A stretch of DNA of 54,709 nucleotides, from contig CM059426.1 of assembly GCA_030390025.1 (NCBI GenBank), positions 215,636,001-215,690,709 of the forward strand, in the 5' to 3' direction. A program made the translations under genes and the position numbers. Origin of the DNA: Squalus acanthias. Lineage: Eukaryota. This document shows, piece by piece, positions 24,301 to 36,550 of this stretch; the stretch's first letter is position 1, and each line of letters opens with the position of its first letter. The notes beneath the pieces are model-generated. The model saw only the letters and a program-made list of their open reading frames with translations. It had not been told where the DNA came from and did no database searches.

Positions 24301-24607
24301 CATCCTGCCTATCAATTTTCACCCCATCCATTCCTTCTACCATCTCCGCTTCTACCAATATTTTGTCAGCATCCTCTTCCTTAGTAAACACCGATACAAA
24401 GTACTCATTCTAGCCTTGCCCTGCGCCTCTGAGCATATATCACCTTCTTTGTCCCTAATAGGCCCCACCCTGCCTCTTACTACCCGCTTACTGTTTACAT
24501 GCCGATAGAAGATTTTTGGGTTCCCTTTTATGTTAACTGCCATTCTATTCTCATATTCTCTCTTTGCCAGTCTTATTTTCCTCTTCACATCCCCTCTCAA
24601 CTTATTG
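21398..24607 (-). mobile_element. 5'-truncated CR1 'C' (21398-21987 and 23309-24607)
   Basis: RT and C-terminal motifs very similar to the C copies at 27003 and 48435; split by the insertion at 21988. Confidence 0.9.
21988..23308 (-). mobile_element. 5'-truncated CR1 'D' nested in CR1 'C'
   Basis: Own tail catagaatcatagaaag at 21988; RT motifs SQHGF, AFDKVPH, KFADD with a distinct sequence. Confidence 0.88.
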
Positions 24608-25174
24608 TGGTGATGCCTTCTGACCGTTGATTGTTGAAGTGCTCACATCTCTTGTCAAAAGACAACACACACAGTTTAACTGTCTATTCCGTTCTTGGGT
24701 TGTGAGAAGTCCATTCCATGTCAGTCAATATATTCTGGCATCAGATGATGTCAAGGTTTGATCCCTCCCTGCCACCATTGCCCCAAATGAAATGACACAA
24801 CCTGCTAGTGTCGATGTAGTGACAGTCACTCCGGGCTGCAAATCAGTGGGGTCTCACTGAGGACAACAGGCTCTGGGAATAAAGTGTTTTCATATTTCTT
24901 CAGCTTTCGATCAAGTGATTCCCAGCTGACCCTCCGCAATGCCTGTGATGAGGAATCAGTGGAGAGCTGTGCTTTTTGTGGAGTGATAGCACTGTTTGAT
25001 CCTGGCTGCCTCACGCTGTATCAGATGCGGATTTCTTTTTCCGCAGCTCCTGTCGTTCTAGCTTGGCTTGTGTTGCCATTGCAGAGATTACAAGTGTTTT
25101 ATTACAGACATCACATAATATCCCATTTATATTTATAACGTGTCATTACCCTCCTGCCAAAGTGCCATACCGAG

Positions 25175-25270
25175 ATAGAAACATAGAAACTAGGAGCAGG
25201 AGTAGGCCATTTGGCCCGTCGAGCCTGCTCCACCATTCAATACGATCATGGCTGATCATCCAAATCCAGT
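25175..25270 (-). mobile_element. Short CR1 (E-like) 3' end
   Basis: atagaaacatagaaac tail plus EKAGTGY-coding end. Confidence 0.8.
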
Positions 25271-25528
25271 ACCCTGTCCCTGCTTTCTCACACAGAATCC
25301 CCACAGTACAGATAGAGGCCATCTCGGCCCATCGAGCCTGCACCGACACATATCCCACCCTATCCTCGTAACCCCACGTATTTAATTCCCCCCGACATAT
25401 CCCATCCTATCCCCGTAACCCCACATATTTAATCCCCCCCCTAACACTAAGGGTCAATTTATCATAGCCAAATCAACCTAACCCGCACATTTTTGGACTG
25501 TGGGAGGAAACCGGAGCACCCGGAGGAT
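25271..25528 (-). mobile_element. HE1-like V-SINE fragment
   Basis: V-domain motif gtgggaggaaaccggagcacccggagg joined to a CR1/HER1-type tail (ggccatctcggcccatcgag). Confidence 0.7.
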
Positions 25529-25575
25529 ACCTCTGTTCAAATGTCAATTTTAACACAAGTGCATCACTACAAACG

Positions 25576-25915
25576 GGAACAGGAGGAGGCCGTTCAGCCC
25601 CTCGAGCCTGTTACCACAGGAACAGCAGAAGGCCGTTTAGCCCCTCGAGCCTGTTACCACAGGAACAGCAGAAGGCCATTCAGCCCCTCGAGCCTGTTAC
25701 CACAGGAACAGCAGAAAGCCGTTTAGCCCCTCGAGCCTGTTACCACAGGAACAGCAGAAGGCCATTCAGCCCCTCGAGCCTGTTACCACAGGAACAGCAG
25801 AAGGCTGTTCAGCCCCTCGAGCCTGTTACCACAGGAACAGCAGAAGGCCGTTCAGCCCCTCGAGCCGGATACCACAGGCTCAGGAGGAGGCCATTCAGCC
25901 CCTCGAGCCTGTTCT
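25576..25915. repeat. 43-bp tandem repeat (~8 units) derived from a CR1 3' end
   Basis: Unit ggaacagcagaaggccgttcagcccctcgagcctgttaccaca; runs into a minus-strand CR1 3' UTR extending to ~26062. Confidence 0.9.
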
Positions 25916-27002
25916 GTCATTCAATGAGATCACAGTTGATCTGTATCTTAACTCCATTTACCTGCCTTAGATTTTTGTTAGACAAAGGGAACCATCAATC
26001 TCAGTTTTTAAATTTTCAATTAACCTCCAGCCTCAACAGCTTTTTGGGGAAGAGAGTTCCACAATGATGGCAGAGCCCAGCACGTGAGTGTAAAAGACAA
26101 GGCTGAAGCATTCGCAACCATCTTCAGCCAGAAGTGTCGAGTGGCTGATACATCTCTGCCTCCTCCTGAGGTCCCCACCATCACAGATGTCAGTCTTTAG
26201 CCAATTCGATTCACTCCACCTGATATCAAGAAACGGCTGAGCGCACTGGATACAGCAAAGGTTGTGGGCCCCAACAGCATCCTGGCTGTCGTGCTGAAGA
26301 CTTGTGCTCCAGAACTAACCGCGCCTCTAGCCAAGCTGTTCCAGTGTAATTGCAACACTGGCATCTACCTGACTAAGTGGAAAACTGCCCAGGTATGTCC
26401 TGTCCACAAAAAGCAGGACAAATCCAATCCGGCCAATTACCGCCCCACCAGTCTACTCTCAATCATCAGCAAAGTGATGGAAGGTGTCGTCGACAGTGCT
26501 ATCAAGCAGCACCTACTCACCAATAAACTGCTCACCAATGCTCAGTTTGGGTTCCGTTCGGCTCCAGACCTCATTACAACCTTGGTGCAAACATGGACAA
26601 AAGAGCTGAATTTCAGAGGGGAGGTGAGAGTGACTGCCCTTGACATCAAGGCAGCATTTGACCAAGTGTGGCATCAAGGAGTCCTAGTAAAATCGAAGTT
26701 AATGGGAATCGGGGGGAAACTCTCCACTGGCTGAAGTCATACCTAGCACAAAGGAAGATGGTTGTGGTTGTTGGAGGCAATCATCTCAGCCCCAGGACAT
26801 CGCTGCAGGAGTTCCTCAGGGCAGTGTCCTAGGCCCAAACATCTTCAGCTACTTCATCAATGATCCTCCCTCCATCATAAAGTCAGAAGTGGGGATGTTC
26901 GCTGATGATTGCATAGCGTTCAGTTCCATTCGCAACTCCTCAGGTAACAAAGCAGTCCATGCCCGAATGCAGCAAGACCTGGACAACATCCAGGCTTGGG
27001 CT

Positions 27003-27290
27003 GAGACCGAGAGGAGCGCACCTGGAGGGAGTACAGCGAGAGCAGAGCAGTTAAAAGCAGTCCCGAGCGGCAGGAGCCCGAGACCGGAAAGAGCGGACCT
27101 GGAGGGAGTACAGCGAGAGCGGAGCAGTTAAAAGCAGTCCCGAGCGGCAGGAGCCCGAGACCGGAAAGAGCGGACCTGGAGGGAGTACAGAGAGAGCGGA
27201 GCAGTTAAAAGCAGTCCCGAGCGGCAGGAGCCAGAGACCGGAAAGAGCGGACCTGGAGGGAGTACAGCGAGAGCAGAGCAGTTAAAAGTA
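27003..27290 (+). repeat. 77-bp tandem repeat (~3.7 units) at the CR1 'C' 5' end
   Basis: ctggagggagtacag recurs at 27022, 27099, 27176, 27253. Confidence 0.92.
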
Positions 27291-30200
27291 TCGGCAGCAA
27301 CTCAACACAGGCAGTTTTTGAAAAAGTGACGTCAGGGTAATAAAAATGTGACATTGGCACAAGGGAAGGAGCTGATTGGCGAGTAGCTGGTGAGTGTTTT
27401 TTTTACAGTTTATTTCTGCCAAGTTAGATAATAGCCTATAAAATAGATGGAAAGAGCTGATTGGTGAGTAGCTGGGGAGTGCTTTTTGTTAAGTTTTAAG
27501 TTTATTTCTGCTGGGTTAGTTCTCAGTGTATTAAATAGAGGCATGGCAGGGCAGCTCAGTCCCATGGAGTGCTCATCCTGTGCCATGTGGGAAGTCCTGG
27601 ACGCTTCGCGTAGCCTGGACGACCACACGTGCGGGAAGTGTCGCCAGCTACAGCAACTCGAGCTCCGGGTTTTGGAGCTTGAGCGGCGGCTGGAGTCACG
27701 GCGGTGCATCCGCGAGGCTGAGAGTTAGGTGGATAGCATGTTTCTAGAGGTGGTCATCCCGCAGCTTAAGAGTATGCAGGCAGAGAGGGAATGGGTGACC
27801 GCCAGACAGAAGAGGCCCACCAGGCAGGTAGCGCAGGAGTCCCTGGAGTGCATTGCGCTCTCCAACCAGTATTCTGTTCTGAGTACTGGTGAGGTCAATG
27901 GTTCCTCTGGGGAGTGCAACCAGAGTCAAGTCCACGGCAGCACGGGTGGCTCAGCTGCACAGGGGGTGGCGGAGGAACAAGAGTGGAAGAGCAATAGTGG
28001 TCGGGGATTCGACAGTTAGGGGAGCAGACAGGCATTTCTGCGGCCATAGACGTGACTCCAGGATGGTATGTTGCCTCCCTGGTGCCAGGGTCAAGGATGT
28101 CACTGAGCGGCTGCAGGACACTCTGAGGGAGGAGGGTGAACAGCCAGAGGTCGTTCTCCATATTGGTACCAATGACATAGGCAGAAAGAGGGATGAGGTC
28201 CTGCAGGCAGAGTTTAGGGAGCTAGGATAGAGATTAAAAAGCAGGACCTCAAAGGTAGTAATCTCCGGATTACTCCCGGTGCCACGTGCTAGTGAGTACA
28301 GGAATAGGAGGATAGAACAGATGAATGCTTGGCTCGAGAGATGGTGCAGGAGGGAGGGCTTTAGATTCCTGAGGCATTGGGACCGTTTCTGGGGAAAGTG
28401 GGACCTGTACAAGCCGGACGGGTTACACCTCAAAAGAGCCGGGACCAATATTCTCATGGGGAGGTTTGTTAGTGCTGTTGGGGAAGGTTTAAACTAACTT
28501 GGCAGGGGGGTGGGCACCAGCATATAGGAGTACAAAAGATGAATAAGGTGCATAAAAGAGTGAGTGTGTTGGATAGACTACGAAAAATTCAAAAATGGGT
28601 TTAGAATGCATGTACGTAAACGCACAAAGTGTGGTGAATAAGGTTGCTGAGCTGCAAGCACAATTAGCCATGTGGCAATATGATGTTGTGGCAATAACGG
28701 AAACGTGGCTTAAAAACGGTGAGGACTTGGCAATTAATATTCAAGGGTACAAGGTGTTCAGAAAAGATAGGGAAGGAAAAAAGGGAGGTGGGGTGGCAGT
28801 GCTGATTAAGGAAGACATTGTAGTGTTGGAAAGGGAGGATGTTCTTGAGGGGACAAGGACAGAATCCATTTGGTTAGAGTTGAGGAGCAAAAAGGGTATG
28901 ATCACGCTATTGGGGGTATTCCATAGGCCTCCAAATAGTGAGAGGGAGGTAGAGGAGGAAATCTGCAGGGAAATCGCAGAGATATGTAAGAGCTATAGAG
29001 TGGTGATATTGGGGGACTTTAATTACCCAAATATCAATTGGGATAATGATAGGGTAAAGGGAAAGGAGGGGGAGGAATTTCTGAAATGTATTCAGGAAAA
29101 TTTCCTTGACCAATATGTTCTTGGCCCAACGAAGAAGGAGGCATTGCTGGATCTGGTGCTGGGGAATGAGGTGGGCCAGGTCGAACAAGTGTCTGTGAGA
29201 GAACACTTGGGTACGAGTGATCATCGTATTATAAGATTTAGATTAGCAATGGAGAGGAGCAAGGAACAATCTAGAGTGGAACTTCTAAACTGGAATAGGG
29301 CTAACTTCAATGGGATGCGAAAGGATCTAGCCAGGGTAAAATGGAACCAAAGACTGACAGGAAAAACTGTAATGGAACAATGGGTGACCTTTAAGGAGGA
29401 AATGTTCCAAGTACAGGCTAGGTACATTCCAACAAGAGGGAAGGGTAAGGGAACCAAAGCAAGGGCTCCTTGGATGACGAGGGAGATAGAGAAGATGATG
29501 AAACAAAAAGAGAGTGTATGATGCATGTCAGATGAATTCTTCAAGGGAGAACCAGACCAAATACAAATACAATCAGTTGAGAGGGGATGTGAAGATGAAA
29601 ATAAGATTGGCAAAGAGAGAATATGGGAGTAGAATGGCGGTAGAAGCAATGGAAGGGGTGAAAATTGATAAACAGGATGTACTAGAACGGCTGGGTATGC
29701 TTAGAGTGGACAAGTCGCCTGGTCCAGATGGCTTGCATCCCAGGTTGCTAAGGGAATTGGGGGAGGAGATAGCGGAAGGGCTTGCCATAATTTTCTAATC
29801 TTCCCTAGATGCGGGGGAGGTGCCGGAGGATTGGAAAGTGGCAAATGTGACACCATTGTTCAGGAAAGGGTGTAAGGACAATCCTAGTAACTACAGGCCG
29901 GTCAGTTTAACATCAGTGGTGGGTAAAGTTTTAGAAACAATAATCAAGAAAAAAATTAACGTGCATTTGGAGAGGTTTAAGCTAATTGAGGAGAGCCAAC
30001 ACGGGTTTGTAAAAGGCAGATCGTGTTTGACTAATCTAACTGAATTTTTTGATTAAGTAACAGAGAGGATTGATGAAGGGAATGCAATGGATGTTGTCTA
30101 CATGGATTTTTCGGAAGGCGTTTGACAAAGTACCACATTTGAAGGCTTGTTAACAAAATTGAGGCTCATGGAATAGGTGGGTCAGTGGCAGCTTGGATAA

Positions 30201-31277
30201 GGAATTGGCTTAAGGACAGAAAACAGCAAGTTGTGCTAAATGGTTGTTTTTAAGACTGGAGGATGGTAGACAGTGGTGTTCCCCAAGGGTCAGTGCTGGG
30301 GCCACTGCTTTTTTTGACATATATAAATGACCTGGATATTGGAATACAGAGTAGAATTTCTAAATTTGCCAATGACACCAAACGTGGGGGTGTGGCAAAC
30401 AGTGCTGATGATACCAATCGACTGCAACAGGACATAGAAAGGCTAGCAGAATGGGCAGACAAATGGCAGATGGAATTCAATACAGAGAAGTGTGAGGTGA
30501 TGCATTTTGGCAGAAGGAACAGGGAGAGGCAATATACACTTAATGGCACAGTTTTAAAGAGTGTGCAGGGACAGAGACCTGGGAGTTAATGTGCATAGGT
30601 CCCTGAAGGTGGCAGGACATATTGAGAGTGGTTAGCAAAGCATATGGGATCTTGGGCTTCATAAATAGTGGTATTGAGTACAAAAGTAGAGAAGTTATGC
30701 TGAACCTTTACAAAGCGCTGGTTAGGCCACAACTGGAGTATTGCATCCAGTTCTGGTCATCACACTTTAGGAAGGATGTGAAGGCCCTTGAGAGGGTGCA
30801 GAGGAGATTTACCAGAATGGTTCCGGGGATGGGGGATCTTAGCTACAAGGAGAAGCTGGATTTGTTTTCATTAGAGCAAAGGAGGTTGAGGGGTGATATA
30901 ATAGAGGTGTACAAGATTATGACAGGTTTGGATAGACTAGACAGGGAAAGGCTGTTCCCACTAGTTGATGGTACAATGACTAGGGGACACAGATTTAAGG
31001 TTTTGGGCAAGAGATAAAGGGGGGGGGGGGGGGGGGGGCGTGAGGAAAAACGTTTTTACAGAGCGAGTGGTGAAGACCTGGAACTCGCTGCCGACGGAAG
31101 TGGTGGAAGCGGAGACACTCAATGTTTTCAAGGGGAGACTGGATAGGCACTTAAAGGAAATAAACTTGCAGGGCTATGGGGATAGAGCGGGGGAATGGGA
31201 CTGACTGGATTGCCCTACAGAGAGCCGGCACGGACTCGATGGGCCGAATGGCCTCCTTCTGTGCCGTTATGACTCTA
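27003..31277 (+). mobile_element. Near full-length CR1 'C' (5' UTR repeats, ORF1, ORF2; decayed)
   Basis: ORF1 from ATG ~27543 (CxxC...CxxC finger, zipper, SGNH esterase GDS/HIGTND/DGLH) to TAA 28497; ORF2 APE+RT with stops, frameshifts and an internal deletion near 29640; tail ttatgactctatga. Confidence 0.93.
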
Positions 31278-31471
31278 TGATAAGTGGCAAGTAACATTCA
31301 TGCCACACAAGTGCCAGGCAATGACCATCCCCAACAAGAGAGAGTCCAACCACCGCCCCATGACATTCAATGGCATTACCATCGCCGAATCCCCCACCAT
31401 CAATATCCTGGGGGTCACCATTGACAAGAAACTTAACTGCACTAGCCACATAAATATTGTGGCTACAATGT

Positions 31472-31633
31472 GACGGGGTAAAAAACCTCCAATGGGACGG
31501 GGGGGGGTAAAAACCTCCAATGGGACAGGGGGGGGGGGGGGTAAAAACCTCCAATGGGACGGGGTGGGGGGGGGGGTGGTAAAAACCTCCAATGGGACGG
31601 GGGGGTGGTGGTAAAAACCTCCAATGGGACGGG
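31472..31633. repeat. G-run minisatellite (G)n-TAAAAACCTCCAATGGGAC, ~5 units
   Basis: Directly visible; variable-length G runs. Confidence 0.9.
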
Positions 31634-31892
31634 AGAAGTATTTAATGCCCATGAAGCAAGCATCTTCCAGGCAGCAGAGGGCCTAGATTTTTCTGGTAAT
31701 GAGACCTGTAGGATACAGGAATATTACAACATACAACTTTAAGGTGTAGTATACCGAATGGTACTCAAAATGTGTATGCGTGTGTGCGCGCCTGTGGTTC
31801 GGTACGTCAGAGCGAGACAAGAGCTGCCTCAGCTGGGATGTCCTTCTTGGTAAAAAGGCTTCCAAAATGTGGGAGAACGACCGCAGTCCCAT

Positions 31893-32396
31893 AGGACCAC
31901 ACTCTGGCCCGCGGGTCGGTCAGGGAACCACACTCTGGCCCGCGGGTCGGTCAGGGGACCACACTCTGGCCCGCGGGTCGGTCAGGGGACCACACTCTGG
32001 CCCGCGGGTCGGTCAGGGGAACCACACTCTGGCCCGCGGGTCGGTCAGGGGACCACACTCTGGCCCGCGGGTCGGTCAGGGGAACCACACTCTGGCCCGC
32101 GGGTCGGTCAGGGGAACCACACTCTGGCCCGCGGGTCGGTCAGGGGACCACACTCTGGCCCGCGGGTCGGTCAGGGGACCACACTCTGGCCCGCGGGTCG
32201 GTCAGGGGACCACACTCTGGCCCGCGGGTCGGTCAGGGGAACCACACTCTGGCCCGCGGGTCGGTCAGGGGACCACACTCTGGCCCGCGGGACGGTCAGC
32301 GGACCACACTCTGGCCCGCGGGTCGGTCAGCGGACCACACTCTGGCCCGCGGGTCGGTCAGCGGACCACACTCTGGCCCGCGGGTCGGTCAGGACC
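31893..32396. repeat. 32-33-bp GC-rich minisatellite, ~15 units
   Basis: Unit ggaccacactctggcccgcgggtcggtcagg(g), almost invariant. Confidence 0.95.
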
Positions 32397-33157
32397 ATCA
32401 GAAGCAGAGAGCAGAAAGTTTGACAAAAACAAATAAACTTTAAAAAGAAAATTAGAAAGGAGTCACAAAATATGGTGATACTGGGTAGAAATTCGATATA
32501 AAACATTTAATAGCAGCAGATTGTGAACTGGAGAAGAGGAGTTCAATTTACAGCTTTTAATTCAAGTAGCTTTTCAAGTACACTGCAAAATGGTTAAAGG
32601 AATAATTTTGCCAAATTTTTTTTGTTTAACCGTTGTACTTTCTCTGTTTCAACTGTTGCATCAAGTTTGGCATAAGGCCAATAATGAAATGCAAACTGGG
32701 TTGCAATGACAGTACTGTAAAAACACTCAGTTATGGATAATTGAAAGTTTATTGATGTCATTTGCTTCATTACAATATACACATTACAGCACTGCACAAC
32801 TAACCTTTAAAAACAGGACTTAAAAATCTTGTTAAAAATCAGTGAAGTTCATCTAGCCACACCACACAGTATTTAATGGCTGATCATACTCGTGCATGAG
32901 CATCTGACGAAGTGGTTTCCACACCTTAACAAAAGTATTTGTCACACTGATTGCCCACAAAGTGCTCAAGTCCAGCACATGATGAGGTGAAAAAGACTTT
33001 GCAACATCGCTGAACTGGTTACTAGGCAATTTTCACACCTAGATAAAAACGCTTGTAAAAAATTTTTAACACATGGATCGGCAAAAAGACCTGAAACATC
33101 AGCTTTAGCGAGGCAGTACAAGGCTTAAATTAATAAATCCAGACTGTTGCAATTCAT

Positions 33158-33615
33158 TGAAAGAAAAGAAAAAAGACTTGCATTTCTACAGCGCCTTTCA
33201 CGACCACCGGACGTTTCAAAGCGCTTTACAGCCAATTAAATACTTTTTGGAGTGGAGTCACTGTTGTAATGTGGGGAACGCAGCAGCCAATTTGCGCACA
33301 GCGAGCTCCTCAAACAGCAATGTGATGATAACCAGATAATCTGTTTTTGTTATGTTGATTGAGGGATAAATATTGGCCAGAACACCAGGGATAACTCCCC
33401 TGCTCTTCTTCGAAATAGTGCCATGGGATCCTGAGAGAGCAGACGGGGCCTCGGTTTAGCGTCTCATCTGAAAGACGGCACCTCCGACAGTGCGGCGCTC
33501 CCTCAGTACTGCACTGGAGCGTCAGCCTAGGTTTATGTGCTCAAATCGCTGGAGCGGGACTTGAACCCACAACCTTCTGGCTCAGAGGCGAGTGTGCTAC
33601 CCACTGAGCCACAGC
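33158..33615 (-). mobile_element. tRNA-derived DeuSINE (SacSINE1-like)
   Basis: tRNA-like head (reverse complement gtggctcagtgggtagcac...ggttcaagtccc), Deu-domain-like gacggcacctccgacagtgc...ctccctcagtactgcactgg, L2-type tail. Confidence 0.8.
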
Positions 33616-34231
33616 AGACACTGCAATGTTTTATTCATTTAACAGGAAAAGCTATTAGAAAGGGGATTTTTGCATGGTTATTTTACTCTCCAAACGTTTT
33701 ATTCTTTTATCAGTTATTCATTTAAGTTAGCGCTCAACTGTACATTGATTTTATTTGTACAGGGCTAACTGTCAGAAAACATGAGCACAAACTGTATTAA
33801 GCAGTCCAACAATGACAGCACCTTTGCAGAACGTGGCTTTGAATATGTGATATTCAGCAACAGTGCAGGAACAAAGACATCCAAAGAAAATCTGGACAAT
33901 GGCCATTTGGGACATTGTTATTGGCTGCATTATCTATCCTGAAATGCCCTCAAACAAACCAATATATTCTAAATGCACTGCCCATTATGTTTTTCATGAT
34001 CACAGGCAAATTGGCAGGAGAATTGATAAAGTGGCATCCATCATCATTTATTAATGAATAAAAATCATTCAAATTCAGACCTTGTTTGAAGGAGTGATAT
34101 GCCTTAGGCAGGAATATTTAAGCAGCAAGATGCAGCGCTGGCTAACTGGAGCCCTTGTTTTTAAGGCTGAACTCCTTACCATTAAAACTAAAGAAGCATT
34201 GCTGCTGCTCCCTCTGCAGTTTGATGTTATT

Positions 34232-35161
34232 GCTCTACCTCACTACCTCTTCTCTCGACCTCGCCACAGTATCTAAATTGTCAGAATGCTTGGCCGACAT
34301 ACAGTTCTGGATGAGCAAAAATTTTCTCCAATTAAATATCGGGAAGACCGAAGCCATTGTTTTCGGTCCCCGCCACAAACTCCATTCCCTAGCCACTGAC
34401 TCCATCTCTCTCCCTAACATCTGTCTGAGGCTGAACCACACTGTTCGCAACCTTGGTGTCATATTTGACCCCGAAATGAGCTTCCGACCACATATCCACA
34501 GCATAACAAAGACCGCCTACTTCCACCTCCGTAACATCGCCCGTCTCTGCCCTTGTCTCAGCTCATCCGCTGCTGAAATCCTCATCCATGCCTTTGTTAC
34601 CTCTAGACTTGACTATTCCAACATACTCCTGGCTGGCCTCCCACATTCCACCCTATGTAAAGTTGAGGTCATCCAAAACTTGGCTGCCCGTGTCCTAACT
34701 CACACCAAGTCCCGTTCACCCATCACCCCTGTGCTCGCTGACCTACATTGGCTCCCAGTTAAGCAACGCCTCGATTTCAAAATTCTCATCCTTGTTTTCA
34801 AATCCCTCCATGGCCTCGCCCCTTCCTATCTCTGTAATCTCCTGAGATATCTGCGTTCCTCTAATTCTGCCCTCTTGAGCACCCCTGATTATAATCGCTC
34901 AACCTTTGGTAGCCGTGCCTTCTGTTGCCTAGGCCCGAAGCTCTGGAATTCCCTGCCTAAACCTCTCAGCCTCGCTACCTCTCTTTCCTCCTTTAAGACA
35001 CTCCTTAAAACCTACCTCTTTGACCAAGCTTTTGGTTACCTGCCCTAATTTCTCCTTATGTGGCTCGGTGTCAAATTTTTTGTCTTAAAATACTCCTGTG
35101 CAGCGCCTTGGGACGTTTTACTACGTTAAAGTCGCTATATAAATACAAGTTGTTGTTATTG
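34232..35161 (+). mobile_element. 5'-truncated L2-clade LINE
   Basis: ORF 34155..35048 has WMSKNFLQLNIGKTE, NLGVIFD, SRLDYSN, LHWLP, LWNSLP, LKTYLF; tail ...gctatataaatacaagttgttg. Confidence 0.92.
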
Positions 35162-35189
35162 CAGGATTCAGGCAGGCAGGGCGGCTGCT

Positions 35190-35385
35190 CAATTTTTTTT
35201 TTATTTGTTCCTGGGATGTGGGCGTTGCTGGCAAGGCCAGTTTTATTGCCCATCCCTAGTTGCCCTCGAGAAGGTGGTGGTGAGCCGCCATCTTGAACCG
35301 CTGCAGTCCGTGAGGTGAAGGTGCTCCCACAGTGCTGTTAGGGAGGGAGTTCCAGGATTTTGGCCCAGCGACGATGAAGGAATGG
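35190..35385 (-). mobile_element. LINE 'B' 3' end
   Basis: Reverse complement of the 10550-10738 tail sequence, with poly(T) at the left end. Confidence 0.85.
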
Positions 35386-35994
35386 CAATAGGAATCTCTG
35401 ACCCAGTTTCCCAGAAGTGCACTGTCCTGGGACAGATGTTATAGGCAGACGTTGAAAACATTTAAGACTTCAACAGAACAGTCTAATTCACGACATCCTG
35501 CAGATCTACAGGCTCGATCAAAGTAAGGACGTGGTGCCAAAATCACATTAAATTGGTACTACATGCCACACTACAGAAATACCCCCCCAGAGGTATGAAG
35601 GCAAGTGAGTTGTTCTATTAATTACACTAATTGTTTTAAAACCTGCTTTGTCAAAGGTATGAATTTCTTCAGTATCCATGTAAGTGCTCCATTTCTGCCA
35701 GAGAGATTTTCAATATTAATACATGTGCTAAGACAAAGGGACATGGATTCAAACAGATGAGAAAGTGGAATGTACAGTTATAGATAGAATTTCTTCACAC
35801 ATAGAGTGCTAAATATGTGAAACAGCCACTCAGGGAAGCAACAGAGCCGGAGCATGGGAGAAATTAAAAAAAAGATAATGGATAACTTATCTGCATAAAG
35901 GGCGATTGAAGGCTTTAAGAAAGAAAGTGGGTAGGAAACCCAATCACCAGTTTCTAAAATGAGGGGTTAATCCGGCAAAACGAACTCAAAAGTA

Positions 35995-36550
35995 CCCACA
36001 CATTCTGGCATTCCCAGGTCCATGGAGATGGAACCCTCATATCCCGGCGTTTCCAGGTCCATGGAGATGGAACCCTCACATCCCGGCGTTCCCAGGTCCA
36101 TGGAGATGGAACCCTCATATCCCGGCGTTTCCAGGTCCATGGAACCGGAACCCTCACATCCCGGCATTCCCAGGTCCATGGAGATGGTACTCGCCCCTTC
36201 CAGCGTTCCCAGGAGATGGAACCCTCACATTCCGGCATTCCCAGGTCCATGGAGATGGAACCCTCACATTCTGGCGGTCCCAGGTCCATGGAGATGGTAC
36301 TCGCCCCTTCCAGCGTTCCCAGGAAATGGAACCCTCACATTCTGGCGGTCCCAGGTTCATAGAGATGGAACCCTCACATTCTGGCGTTCCCAGGTCCATG
36401 GAGATGGAACCCTCACATTCTGGCGATGCCAGGTCCATGGAGATGGAACCTTCACATCCCGGCATTTCCAGGTCCATGGAGATGAAACGCTCATATCCCA
36501 GCGTTCCCAGGTCCATGAAGATGGAATCCTCACATTCCGGCGTTCCCGGA
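35995..36550. repeat. 39-bp minisatellite, ~14 diverged units
   Basis: Unit cccaggtccatggagatggaaccctcacatcccggcgtt with a variant unit (gtactcgccccttccagc). Confidence 0.92.

Larger units (their letters stand above)
26063..31470 (+). mobile_element. LINE 'B' fragment (26063-27004 and 31278-31470) split by a full-length CR1
   Basis: ANYRPTSLLS, ALDIKAAFD, MFADD; the motif QAWA|DKWQV is split across the insertion. Confidence 0.88.

Noticed and set aside
31893-32396. CRISPR-like array or repeat-protein genes (ORFs 31780..32436, 31869..32423)
   Set aside because: Units are contiguous with no unique spacers, the context is eukaryotic, and the ORFs arise from stop-free repeat units.
33540-33615. 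tRNA gene
   Set aside because: A/B-box-like sequence is the head of a SINE and is followed by SINE body and tail.
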